Positions 48,700 to 60,998 of a DNA stretch of 64,000 bases are shown piece after piece. A program made the translations under genes and the position numbers. This DNA comes from Camelus dromedarius (taxonomy: Eukaryota), in NCBI RefSeq assembly GCF_036321535.1, contig NC_087447.1, forward strand, positions 41,418,001 through 41,482,000, read 5' to 3'. The notes below the pieces were generated by a model. It did not search any database. It was not told the DNA's origin and saw nothing but the letters and a program-made list of their open reading frames with translations. Each line of letters starts with the position of its first letter. The first letter of the stretch is position 1.

Positions 48700-50560
48700 T
48701 CTGGAGAGACACGCCCTGCACCCAAGATACACAGGATTCCTCTGCATAAAGTGTCACAGAAGATGAGTTTACAATATAGAATTATAAAATAAACAAGAAA
48801 ACAATCCACCATGAGCAAAAATCATTAGACTCTCAAACAATAGGATTATATCCTAAGGATAGCAGATAATAATCTGATAAAAAAAAATTTTAAAGATATG
48901 TGTAAAATTATTAGAGGCATGAAAGAATAAATTAAAAATATGAGAGTAAAAGAAAATGATTATCAAAAAAAGAAGAAAATAGAATCCTAGAAATGAGGAA
49001 TAGAGGCATGAAAATTAAAAACTCAATTGTTCAGGAGTCATGGTTAAGAGTAGAAGCTACCCCTCAATATTCCAGATCTCCTCCTTTTGGACACACTTCT
49101 CCATACCCTTGAAGTTAGGGGAGGCCATGTGATTTGGTGTTAAATGTGAGCATAAGGACATGTCACATTTGAGCTGAGGTCCATAAGAACCAGTTTGCAA
49201 TTTGCCATACGTTTCTTCCTCTGGACATGACAACCATCACTGCTCCAGAAGGGTAGAAGTTCCATCAGCCTGAGTCCTGAGTTAGGAAATGCAGAGCAGA
49301 GCCTGCTGCCAACTCATAAGGAAAGGGACGTGTAGCAAAAGCAAGAAATAATCTCAGTTGTTATAAGCTGCTAAGACTTTGGAGTTGTTTATTATTGTAG
49401 CATAACTAGCTTATCCTGATTGGTACAACATTTACATCAGATTGAGGATGGTTGAGGAGAAAATTTGTTAACCAGAAGATAGATTTGAGAAAGTTACCCA
49501 AAATGTAGTTCAGAGGGATAATATTAATTTTAAATATGAAAGAATTGTTATGAGATACGTGATATGAAATTTAGAATGTGAAACTTTGAAATACATTTAT
49601 TAAGCAATCCATGAGAAGAGAATGGGGTAGAGAAAATATTCAAAGGGATTTTCCAGGATCTGAGAATTTTCCAGAACTAAAGAAAGACATGAATGATTGC
49701 ATTTAGAAAGTACAATGAATTCCAAGCAGGAGAAATGAAAAACATATCAAAGAGAACCTTTAGGACACCAAAGACAAAGTGAAGATCTTAAAAGTAACCA
49801 GAGAGAGAAGACAGATTATTCACAAAGAAATGTCAATTCTCAAATAACAATACTAACACCAGGAAACAAAGAAGTAAAGTGTTCAAAGAGCTGAGAGAAA
49901 ATAACTGCCAACCTAGAAATAATACTACCAGCTAAAGTATTATGTGAGCTTGATAAAGACCTTTCACGAGAATTTACCTCTCACAGACTCTTGCCAAAAG
50001 AACAGCTAAAGGATGTACTTAGGGAAAAAGAAAATTGAGATCAAAAGAAAGTAGGATGCAAGAAGGGATGGCAACAGAGACTTCTGTAAACATGGGGTAA
50101 ATCTAAATAGGTATTCACTTATTGTATGATTGTTGTGTAAAACAACAATCATGATAATTTGCGATTCCAAAAACAGTGCAATAAAAATATTGGAAAGCAA
50201 TATAAGATTCGAAAGAGTGATGTTTGTTTTAGCATTGATCCAGGAAAGGAATAGAGATCTTGATTTATTTAAAATTTAAGTCATGTAAAATGTTAAAAAT
50301 TTAAAGGGCACACCAAAGATTAGAACTAAAATATATGAACTCCAAACCAATTTTGTGGGGGTAAGAGTGGTTAGAAAAAAAATCAATTAATGAAGCAAGC
50401 TAAATAGAAAATACAAAATAAGATGGTGAGAACATATCAATCACAAGAAATATAAACAGCTTAAACTTGTTGGTTGATAGAAAATCTTAGATTAGATCAA
50501 GAAAAAATATCAGTTATGTGGTTTTCAAGAGACACACCTAAAATACATGAATGTGAGGGA
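48700..50560 (+). mobile_element. Old L1M ORF1 and start-of-ORF2 remnant
   Basis: A-rich degenerate ORF1 motifs (gagaattttccagaactaaagaaagacatgaa; ttcaaagagctgagagaaaataactgccaacctagaa) and endonuclease-like ttcaagagacacacctaaaa; boundaries approximate. Confidence 0.7.
49028..49427 (+). mobile_element. MaLR solo LTR (MLT1I/J-like) nested in the old L1
   Basis: TG...CA ends; cccttgaagttaggggaggccatgtga; gcaagaaataatctcagttgttataagctgctaagactttggagttgtttattattgtagcataactagcttatcctgattggtaca. Confidence 0.75.
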
Positions 50561-51224
50561 TAGACAGCTATACAGACTAGATAGTATTGGTCAAACTGAG
50601 TCAAAGTGAATTGAGTGTTCAAAAACCTTCCTCTGCACATATTGATGTTTACTTGTGGCAGTGTTACCCAGATGTAGTGCTAAATATTTTATTTGAATGT
50701 TATCACTTAATATACATACCAAGGAGAAGAGAATCCTGGGGTGCTGGTTTCTTTTGTTACAAATTACTTTGTAGATGACATATTGAAATTACTGTTGGCA
50801 ACAAGTTTTCATTTTTTATCAACATTTCACCTTCCCTGCTCATAATTTCTGTGACTGTACATTCCTTGAATGAGTAAAAATGTCCCAATGAGCCCAGGTA
50901 TTGCTACGAGGAATCTTCACACACTCTCTGGGGCATTACCCAGAGACTGTGCAGTGGGGACCAGAAGTGCAAGGTTGGGGCTTCTCATAGTGCCCAGAGG
51001 AGTTAGGATGAAGGTTCTGTCCCAAAAAACCCCCACTCTGCAGATGATTGTCTCAAAGGGTGAAGAGTCGAACTCAGTGACCTCGGCACCTAGGCCCTTG
51101 GGGCATCTCTTGAGGACCAGCTTTGGCCCATAGGTACCCTGGCTTAGTTCCTGCTCTCTGCTTCCTGCTGGAGCCTACACTGAAAACTTACCAGAGTTCT
51201 CTTCTCTGTTCCCTCCTGTTGCAG

Positions 51225-51274
51225 AAGATGGGGTTCCTCGCACAGCGCGGTCCATGTCCCTCTCACTGGGAAAG
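51225..51274 (+). CDS. IRAG1: IRAG1 coding exon (phase 1-0) (E)DGVPRTARSMSLSLGK; includes the RSMS phosphosite motif
   Basis: ctgttgcag|AAGAT...AAG|gtatgc; 50 nt. Confidence 0.95.
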
Positions 51275-51731
51275 GTATGCATGTTCAAGGAATACCAGGG
51301 CCAGCAAGAGAAGTTTCTACAGTCACCCAGGAAATCGTTCATTCTTGGATCCAAGGGTCCCAGGGAACCTTGGACAGCTTCTCTCATTCAGCCTCTCACA
51401 CTTGCTAGCTCAGCCTCCAGTCTTCCCTTGCTCATGGCATCCCAGACCGTACTGTGTCTTCAATGAACACAAAATGATGCGTAAACCTTGGTGTTGCCGT
51501 AGATAGTTTTCATACACTAACCAGGGTTTCATACGCCATCCAGTGACTGGGGGTCATTTCTGTTCTATTTCTGATCAAGTTAAATTGGAACATGTTGAGA
51601 AATCACTCACCACTAATAAAAATTTTATGTTAATTTTGGCCACCCTCTACACCCCCCACATCACTACCCTAAAGCCAGACTATCCAGTGAATACAGCAAT
51701 ACAATGGGCCTGGTGCCTTCTCTTCTCACAG

Positions 51732-51839
51732 AACATGCCCCGCCGGAGGGTCAGCGTTGCCGTAGTTCCCAAGTTTAATATCCTGAACCTGCCTGGCCAG
51801 TCGCCCAGCTCATCCCCCATCCCCTCCTTACCAGCCCCG
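51732..51839 (+). CDS. IRAG1: IRAG1 coding exon (phase 0-0) [36 protein letters not shown]; includes the RRRVS cGKI phosphosite motif
   Basis: ttctcacag|AAC...CCG|gtgagt; 108 nt; RRRVS at 51741-51755. Confidence 0.97.
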
Positions 51840-53069
51840 GTGAGTATGATGATGCCTACCTCCCGGCCCCTAGGCTCATTGCTGTGGGGCGGCCTGGATG
51901 GGGCAGGGTCAGCAAGGGAGGAAATTCCCAACGCAGATTCTGTGCTATGGCTCAGAAAGCTCAGTATAGACCAGGCCCCATGTCTTCCACTGCCCTGAGA
52001 AGACGACACAGTATCCTTGAGCAAGGTGCTGGCAGCTCAGAGAGTGTTCCTTGCAAAGGGTACCTCTTTTCATTCTTAAACCATGACTCTCCAAAATGGG
52101 ATTTTTTTTTTTTCACTCTGCAGTGGATTTAAGCAGCTGAAGTTTGCATCATGCAGTAAGTAGTTAGCTGACCTTTGAACCCTAGGCTCTCTGACTCCAG
52201 ACCCCCAGTTCTTAAACCCAGTGTTATCTTGCCTTGATTCATTACAGCATTGTTTACAACACTGAAAAATTGGAAATGGGCAGAATTTCCATTACTAAAA
52301 GATCGGTTTAATAAATTATGAATTTTCCTGTAAGGGGTTTCTACATAGCTGCTAAATATAATGAATAAATATAAATATTTATTGACATGAAAAAATGTCT
52401 ATAGTTTATTATTAACAAAAAGCAAAACTCTAGTAAATACAGTGTAACTGTTTTGTAGTTTTTTTTTTAAGAGCATTTTTCTGTGTATAGATGTAGAAAA
52501 TTCTGAAAGAATAGATGTAAAACTATTCATAATGGTTATCTCTGGGCAATGGTAAAATCACAGTTGATTTTAATTTTCTCAGTACCTTTTCATATTTCTA
52601 TAGTAAGAATATATTACTTTTAATCAGAAAAAAAATCCATTTTAATTTTTTGAACAAAGATAATTCCTATAAACAGAGTATCTTCTAGATCCCAGACATT
52701 TGTGAATCTAGTTAATCCTATCTAAAACTCTTTTAATGATTTCTCCAGTTGTTTCTCTGTGCCCTGTCCCTGCCTAGCACTATTCTATAAGCAACCAGTC
52801 TGTTGGAAGCAATAGGTAAAATGGATTCAAGCTCTGTTGTAGTACCACTAGGTAGCAATGACTCTTAAACTTCTTTAACCTCTTCCTTTTGAGCATTTCA
52901 GTCATCTATAAATCAGCATAAACTCCCAAATCCCTCACTAAAATAAAGCAACCTGAGGAAAAAAAAATTTTTTTAAAGATCTTGGGGAGAGCTAGCTGGT
53001 GTGTTTTAACAGGCCTATTTCTAATGTTATACTAAATGTACAAACGTTTCCAAATATATATTCCTTTAG

Positions 53070-53224
53070 ACTAGGGGTTCTAATCAGTGATATACATTAA
53101 CATCACACAGGGTAATTCTAAAACGTGCAATGCCTGAGCCCCACCCTGAGGTTCTGGATTGGATCAGTGCTTTGAAAAAATCTCCCCTAGGCTTCTAACA
53201 TGCAGCCAGAGTTGAGAACCATTG
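53070..53224. mobile_element. MER5-family fragment
   Basis: atgcctgagccccaccc...tctaacatgcagccagagttgagaaccattg. Confidence 0.65.
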
Positions 53225-53758
53225 CTCAAACCAAATCCATTGCAACAAAACAACGTGATAGTCCTGGGGAATTTATTATTAAGAAATTTCTGATGCCTTC
53301 AGCTTTTTGTAATGGCGAGCATCTCTTGTGAGTTGTGCTTTGAACTGTATCACTAGGGCAGTGATGGGTTTGCCTGAATCCATCCCAGGGACCTTGGGGC
53401 CTGCATTTTGTAGGGGGTCCGCTAATGTTTAGTCCAAGTCAGTAAATAGGGAACAGAGAAAAACTGATGGCTCCCCTCCAGAATGGAGTCTCAAGGTGTA
53501 AATTCTTTTCTTTGCTCAAGGAGACTTGGAAGAGGAGAAAGGGAAAGGTGCACGTTGCTTGTGCACCTAGGAAAGGAGGACAGAGAAGGCCTGAAGAAGG
53601 GCCAATGCCTGGGCTCAGCTGCAGATCAGAAAGCATGGGGAGGGGGAAGGGAAAGAGGAGCAGCAGGCCCTCCCCAGCATCACCAGAGACCTGTCAGTGG
53701 TGCTGGCTTCTTCCCTCCTAGCTGATCTTCAGTTCTCTGTCTCCTGTTTTCCATTCAG

Positions 53759-53823
53759 TCAGAATCACCCAACGGGAAAGGCAACCCACCTGTCACCTCA
53801 GCACTGCCTGCACTTTTGGAAAA
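53759..53823 (+). CDS. IRAG1: IRAG1 coding exon (phase 0-2) SESPNGKGNPPVTSALPALLE(N)
   Basis: ccattcag|TCA...GAAAA|gtaagt; 65 nt. Confidence 0.95.
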
Positions 53824-56800
53824 GTAAGTCTGTCCATTTTCCTCTTAACTTTGGGGATTTCTGGGGAGAACTGCCCCAACTCACCTTTCCTCCCATCCTC
53901 ACACCCAACATTTCAATGGAAAGCAAATTAAATTCTGGGGGAAATGAATGGGATTCTGAGATCCACAAAGATTTCAGACCCAGTTTGCAAAATTCCTGGA
54001 CCAGGAAGATGCTGTGGCTGAGTCCAAGGGTGCCTCAATCTCTGAAGAGCCCAGAGGAGACAGAAGCCTTCTCTGTTCATTGGGATTCTGTGGGCTACAG
54101 ATACAAGAAAGCCCCAACTCAAAGGGGTTCAAAGAGTAAGTCCACAAGTGAGACTCTTCCAGGTGTGGTACAGCAGGGCCGCAGCTGGGCCTCTACTATT
54201 TCCTCTTCTCTGCCCACTTTGTATGTTGACTTCATCAGCAGTCTTGTGGCAAAAGGCTGCAATACCTAGAGGAAGAAAAGGACCATCTCTTTCCATGTTT
54301 CTTTCTTCAGAATGAACCCAGAAGCCTTTCTTCAGTCTTCTTTCTTTTAGCAAATTTGGAACATGATCCCTTTCTAAACCAATTGCAGGCTTTGGGAACA
54401 AGATTGTCATCATGGGCTTAAAGTAAGCCCTGGAGGTGGGGAGAGAGGGTCAGCTTCCCATGGAGCAAAATGGCTCCACGAAGAAGAGTAAATTCCTGAG
54501 CAAAATCACGTTGCTGTTAGGAAGTAGGAGGGAGAGTGAGAATTGGGTTGGCAACAAACTGTCTGCTAGGCCTAACTTTTCTAGGCATCTATGCAATTTG
54601 CAGGTCTTTTCATCCTCAACCAGAGCAAGGCAGGCTGTTTCTACACACTCAGAGGAGTTTATAACTTACTTTTCCAATTCTTTCATTTGCTTGCTGGAAA
54701 ACATCTGGATCACAGCTGCCACCTCTCAGAACTTTCCCCTTGTGTCTTTCCTCACTTGGTAGAACACACACCTCTCTTCTTCCTTCTTCCTTGCTTTGAG
54801 ACAGCTTTAGTCCTTCATTTTCCGTTGTTGTTAGAATAGTTTTGCTTGACCTGGCAAGGACTGTCTGTGTTGGGCCCCTTTTTCAGTACAAGCGCTCAGC
54901 TCCCCACCCCCGGACTCAGCCTGTTTTCCTTACCTCTCAGTATATGCAGCCAACACCCTATTGCTCAGTGACCCCCACCCCCACACACACTTTAATCTTA
55001 ACGTTTGCTAGGCAATTCCTCACTTTGCTGCCTCACCCTGAGGAAGCTTACAGGTCCACCATGTTGTCTAGGCTGTTTTTGTCTTTTTCTTTGTTTCCTT
55101 GTTTTCTTGATCACTACAGGGAATATGTAAAGGGCTGACAAACTAACAGCTATGTGGAAGTAAGCAACTTTACAGGATCTTACCAAGCCCCTGGGGTCAT
55201 AGTGTCTAACCCATGGTCTCTGAATCTCTCCAGAAATAGTCATTCGACATCCTGAATGAGAAGCACACTAGAATTCTCCCTTCCAATCCTGCATCTGGAC
55301 ATACTAACCTCTTTTCCAGGAGGACCCCAACAAGGCTCCATTCCCAACTCTTGGCCCCCAGGTCTTCTGCAGTCAAGGCAGAAGATCTATCTTCCCTCTC
55401 TTTCCGACAGACTTTCATGATGGGGCAGGGCCTGGACTCTGTAGAAAGAATGCTCAGGCCAGCTGAGAGCTTCTATTCAAAGCAGTGGGGATCACCAAGA
55501 ACCTGAACTATCCTTGGTAAGAGAAAGTAAGGTGCAGAACTGGGGATAGCAGGCAACAGGATTGGGGTCACTTTCAAATATTGTTTAACATGTGGAAAAA
55601 ACAGACTCTAATATATCTGTAGGTCAAACAACACATTTTGAGTAAATAGCCCCTCAGGTTACTGAGAGCTGAGCACAATGACAAACATTTTGACCCAGTA
55701 GACGTGAGAGAACAATGAGCCTCATTCTAATCAATCATCCCAGTAGGAAAGCATGCAGCATTTTGGACTGGGAACAGATGCCAAGGTCCATGAGTGTCTG
55801 GACCAGAAATCCCTAGGGTGGGCACAGGCTGTACTCAACTCCAAGTTACAGCCATGCATAGGGATTCCTTTAGCTCAGCCCAAACACCAAGTTTGCAGGA
55901 AGTAGCCATTTACACAGAGGACCTGCCCATTTTGTAAGATTAACAGGCAGGAACTTAAAGAGCCACAGTGAACTTAGTACAACTCAGCAAACACTTAAAG
56001 GCATTTACTTTGTGCCAAGCACCATTCAAATGGAAACACAATCTCCCTGCAATCACAGTCATATGGAGGGATGAGGATGTATAGAAAAAAACAAAACAAA
56101 ACAAAAAAAACCGCCCTTGCTCCAAGTTCTGCTGTATAAGAGGTGCAATGAGGGCATAAAGGGAGGGAGAGATGGACTTTAGCCAGAGGTCATGGAAGAG
56201 GGGAAGACTCTGGCAACAGTTCCACAGAGGCAAAGGTATTTGAACTGTCTTTAAAATGCACACGGAGAAATTTCCAGATAGTTGGAGAAGACATTTAAGG
56301 AACTCTACACTCAGTCTAGGGGTCAGGAAATAGCATTTTACACCCTACCATATTTCATAGAAGAATTGCTTTCCTGCCCTTGGCTGTAGCTGTGTTTTTC
56401 TGCTCTTGTTCCAGTCGTTTGGACAAATAGGAAACTGCACATCAGGCAGAGGTCACATGGAAGGGAGTGGATAATGTAATTTTAAGGAGGAGAAATGTTA
56501 TGAATAGCTGGTATTTTTAGAGTGTTGTCTTTCTTGCTCGCGATGGGTTCTGGTTTCCAACCCGATGAAATGTAAATTTTACAAGGTCTGAGGAAAACTC
56601 AGAGATGGGAAACTGTTGCCAAGAGTGAGGAGAAGGTGCAAGTCTCACTCATAAAGCCTGTCTGAGAGGTCAGGGAGGGTGGCGGCTGCGATATGTCAAG
56701 AGTCCTGGCTGAAAGGCGCTGTTTGGCCTTATTCCAGGGCTCCTCCCTGACAAGACCCCCGTCAGGATTCTGGACACCTAGGTGGGCTGCAGGATTTACA

Positions 56801-56999
56801 GAGAAGGCGTGGCCATCAGGATACCTCCTTTAAGCCTGAGATTTCCTGCCTCCAGCGGGCGCCCCCCTTCCCCTGACGCTGTCAGTCATCCTGCTGATTT
56901 TCTAGCATGTTTGTCTCCGCCAGCCCCCACCACCCTTTCACGATTCCCATGCCTTCTCCTCTCTCCTCAAGCCTTCCTAGGCCTCCCTGCCTCTCACTC

Positions 57000-58210
57000 T
57001 CAGCAGATGACCTTGTCTTCCATTTTCAAGAGGAAAGTTTAAGCTGTCAGACAGGAGGATCCTTCTCCTCTTCCTCTGCCAGGTCCCCAGCCCACCATCT
57101 TCATCTCCTTCCCGTTGTCACCAAGGCACATTTTCTCCCCTTGTCTAAGGTCTATCCCACCTTCCCTTTTCAAAGCGTTTATTCCCTTGGTCATCCCCTT
57201 CTTCTCGTCCCTCTCCTGGCTCATTTCTATCCACACTCCAACGTGCTTTCATCCCTCGACCCACTTGCTCAGCTACACCCTCCCCAATACAGTCTTCTAC
57301 TCCAAGTCCTCATCAAATTACTGTGTCTACGTCTCCCCCTTTCTCACCCCCCACCCATCACTAAGCCCATTCTAATCTGTCTTTGGCTCCTACCAGGTCA
57401 CCAAATCTCCTCTTGCCCTCCATGTTATCAAATCTCATAGTCGCCTGACTCAGGCTCTCAGAAGTGTGTGTGTGACATAGTTACCGCTCCTTCCTTGACA
57501 CCTTCTCCTCTCTCAGCTCCCAGGGCTCCATGCCCTCCTGGCTTTCCTCTTAGCTCTCTGGCTGCTCCTTCTTAGTCTCCCCTGTAAGGTCCTCCTTCTC
57601 CACCTGAGCTAAGGGCGGAGATGCCAACGGCTTGGTCCTGGATCCTCTTCTCATCTTTCCTCATTACTGTGTCCCTAGATAGTCTTACCCAATCCCCTGC
57701 TTCCTAGAGCTCTCCTCTAACTCACTTCAGTATATCCAACTCCACCTGGATATCTCTCAGGCATCGAAAATGTATCTTGTCCAGAAGCCAGCTCTTACCT
57801 CATTGCCTCTCTTCAGCTCCTCAAACATCTCCATGTCCTTTGTGTCTCAGAGTCTTCGCACATCTTGCTTCTCCATGGGAGGGTCTTCCTCTGCTATGAA
57901 TGTGGCTGACTCCTTGTCTTTCAGGTCTGTGCTTCAGTTACTCTATCTCAGAGAGGCCTTTTCTGACCACTCAATCTAAGCAGTTTCTCCCCTTGTTATT
58001 TCCTGTCATTGCACAGAGTTTGTTTCTCTCATGAAAGTTATCACAATTTGTAATTAATTTCATATTTTGTTATTTCCTTTTTTGGGGTATTCTCTCCTGC
58101 TGAGCACCATGTCAGCAAAGACCATTTCTTTTATTTTTGAATGTATCCCCAGCACGTTACCAGATGCCTGTAACTTAAGTCAGTGCTCGGTAGATATTTA
58201 AATGAGTGAA
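57000..58210 (+). mobile_element. L2 fragment
   Basis: ctccacctggatatctctcaggcatc; ctcagagaggccttttctgaccac; 3' tail gtgctcggtagatatttaaatgagtgaa. Confidence 0.65.
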
Positions 58211-58580
58211 GTAAAAGATGGACTACAGGGATGGAGTGACTCCGAACGGTGGGTCTTCTCCATCCTCCTGCTCTTAGTGCCATAGAGCTCCCATTAGCTG
58301 TCTGTCCACCCATAGCCTCTCCCAGAGTAAGAATAGAAGTGGATTTGGGAGCATGAGGACAAAGGGGGAGCTGGTGCAGTATTTGATGTTTGGGGGTCTA
58401 GGGAGGACTCATGGACTAAGGCCTTTATAAAATCTCATGTCAAAGTAGAAAGACTGAAACAAATTCAATCCAGAATGAGTTTCCTCCCTTCCAGCCAGGA
58501 ACAGGCCAAAGACATGGTTTGGTTTTCAGATGCCCCATCTGTCCCTGAAAGGATGCCCTGTCCTTCCCTCTTCTCACTAG

Positions 58581-58700
58581 TGGAAAGACGAACGGGGACC
58601 CTGATTGTGAAGCCTCTGCTCCCACGCCGACTCCGCACTGCCTGGAGGGGATTAGCCGGGAGACCAAGGCCAGGCTGGAGGAAGACGCATACAGCAAGGG
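58581..58700 (+). CDS. IRAG1: IRAG1 coding exon (phase 2-2) (N)[39 protein letters not shown](G)
   Basis: ctcactag|TGGA...AAGGG|gtgagt; 120 nt. Confidence 0.95.
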
Positions 58701-59997
58701 GTGAGTCAGACTTCGGCCACCCCAGGGTCACCGGCATTTGTCAAAAGATACCTTCCCACAGGCTTTTCCTGCCTCTTAAAGGATTTAGGGAAGCAACCAG
58801 TGGCCCCGGGACATCCTTGCCTCAGTGAGGAACTACATAGGAAAGAGCAAAGCTGTTCCACAGGAAGGAAAGGAGGAAATGGGGCTAGAGGTTGTGGTTC
58901 GATCATAACAAGACTGCTCTCTTTTTAGGCAGAAAGCCACCAGAACGCCACTGCCCAGAAGGGTCTAGAAATCAGGAGCTCTGGGTGGTTCCTCTGGGTG
59001 GTGCCTGAGGCTTCCTAACAGGTGCCAGGAGCAGCTGCAACCCCACTTCCTAGAACCGCCCCGGCCATCCTTCTTCCTGTGAAAGGAGTCCCCTCAGCGT
59101 CCAGCTGTCCCCTCTCTAACTGATTTCAATGGCACCTTTGGCCCATTGTCAATCCTAATGGGGCGGAGTACTGAGCAGGTACTGGGCGGGACCCTAGTTC
59201 AGCCAGGTAGAGAACTGCCTCTGACCAGGCACCGCGCCCTGAGCATCTTTCCCTATGACGTGGAACCTGTGGGCTTCGGGGTGCAGCCACCTGCACCATG
59301 GTGGAGTTGTCCCAGCCAAACTCTGCTGGCCTTAAACACTCAGCTGCAGGACAAGCAAAAAGTCTGTTCAGGGTAATATTAGTCCTGGAAGAAGGAAATC
59401 AGAAGGTTTCTCTTGAAAAGTCCATCTTTTCACCCACACCTGTCCTCTACACCTAGAATGCGGGGGAGTAATGTTTCTATTGGCTTTGTGAACTCAGTCC
59501 CTCTCTAGGCCAGTTTGTGTGCCTTTCACATCCACAAAGCTTCCCAACAAGTCTGTGTGATGGCTGTCACCCTTCCTAAATCAAGCTGTGTACCTGGGAC
59601 TACGTCACCATGTTCTGACCCCCGTGCGATGGGGACTGGCCTCTCTGTTTACACAGGAGGGGCTGAGGCTCCCAGGTGACACAGAGAGCATATGCAGACC
59701 TCAGCCCTACCAAACGGTTTGTGGAAGAACCCAGCCGGGATGCTCTGCACCCACATTTTTTCCCTGTTTTGTCACACTTTCACATAAACAGGAAGAATGG
59801 CTGAAGGTGAGGGGAAATTGTCCTGACATGAGCCACCCTGGGATGCAGTAGGGCCTTTCAGCTTTTTCCTTTTGTGTGGGACCACGGGAAATGCGTGTGT
59901 CATCATCGGGGGTGCTCAGCGCCCTCCTCCAATGACTCAGGAAAGGATGCTCCACGCCTGGCCTTTCCAGACTCAGTCGTTCATTGTTGCCTTCCAG

Positions 59998-60132
59998 ATA
60001 CCAGGAAGGTCTAAAGAAGACCAAGGAGCTTCAAGACCTGAAGGAGGAGGAGGAAGAACAGAAGAGTGAGAATCCTGAGGAACCTGAAGAGGCAGAAGAA
60101 GCTGAGGAAGAGGAAAAGGAGCAGAGAAGCAG
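59998..60132 (+). CDS. IRAG1: IRAG1 coding exon (phase 2-2) (G)[44 protein letters not shown](S); acidic region before the terminal TM exon
   Basis: cttccag|ATAC...AGCAG|gttgga; 135 nt. Confidence 0.95.
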
Positions 60133-60976
60133 GTTGGAGTGCTTACCATTGCTGAAATGGGTCCCAGTTCATTTCACTGCACAACATCCCTAGAGGTGCC
60201 AGTCCAGGGCAATGATGGATCCGGGGGGCCCAAGTGAGCAGCCAGCAGAAACCAGGAGGGCACTCATGTTGGAGGAGGAGGCAGAGGAAATTTCGAAGAG
60301 CCAACATAGTTAACAAGGGGATGTTTGCAAGAGCTGAGGGGTCAGGGGTGGCCAAGGGTGGGGCTGGCAGCAACCAGGAGTTCTCAGGAGCTGAGAAAAT
60401 GCAGGGGCCCCTGAATGGGGTTCCCCCCAACAAGCCCAGCCACAGGTAGCTCATTCCCCATCCATCCCCATGAAAGAGGGAGCTAACCTAAAGCCCAAGA
60501 GGGGAGCAGGGACAGAGAGAACACAGGGAGGTAGGGGACAATTTCAACTTCATGGCAAAGGTGAGTCTCCAGCAGGTTCCTTCCATGGTGACCAAACAAA
60601 CCAAATGTTTTCACTTTGATGGGAAATATTTGGATTTTTATTTTTTAGTATACTTTATATTTCAAGTGCATTTTCCACTAAATCATGAAAAAAAAAAAAT
60701 ATATATATATGACATGCAGAAATTAGATATTGCATTACACACACATTATATCTTGCCCTACCTGTACCTGTGAATATAGTGACACATCAGCATCCTGGAT
60801 TTTAACAGAGAGCCCAGATTTCATACATTTAGCCTTATTGTCTCTGTTAGTATGTTCAAACCAGAAGCCTTGAATTTTGATTTTTTTAAATATGGTTACA
60901 GCAAATTTGGGACACTTCACCAAAATTATTATTTTTAAACTTCCAGGATGTCTTGGGGTCCAGGGTGACTCCAGCC

Positions 60977-60998
60977 AAAAAAAAAAAAAAAAAAAAAA
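60977..60998. repeat. Poly(A)22 tract
   Basis: Directly visible. Confidence 0.97.

Larger units (their letters stand above)
10283..60132 (+). other. IRAG1: IRAG1/MRVI1 gene body, partial: 18 coding exons, both ends outside the window
   Basis: Manual exon assembly gives a continuous frame (exon lengths 101,71,174,78,53,45,618,79,124,31,141,132,142,50,108,65,120,135 = 2267 nt). All introns are GT-AG with matching phases. The peptide matches IRAG1 as recalled ([72 protein letters not shown]). Confidence 0.97.
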
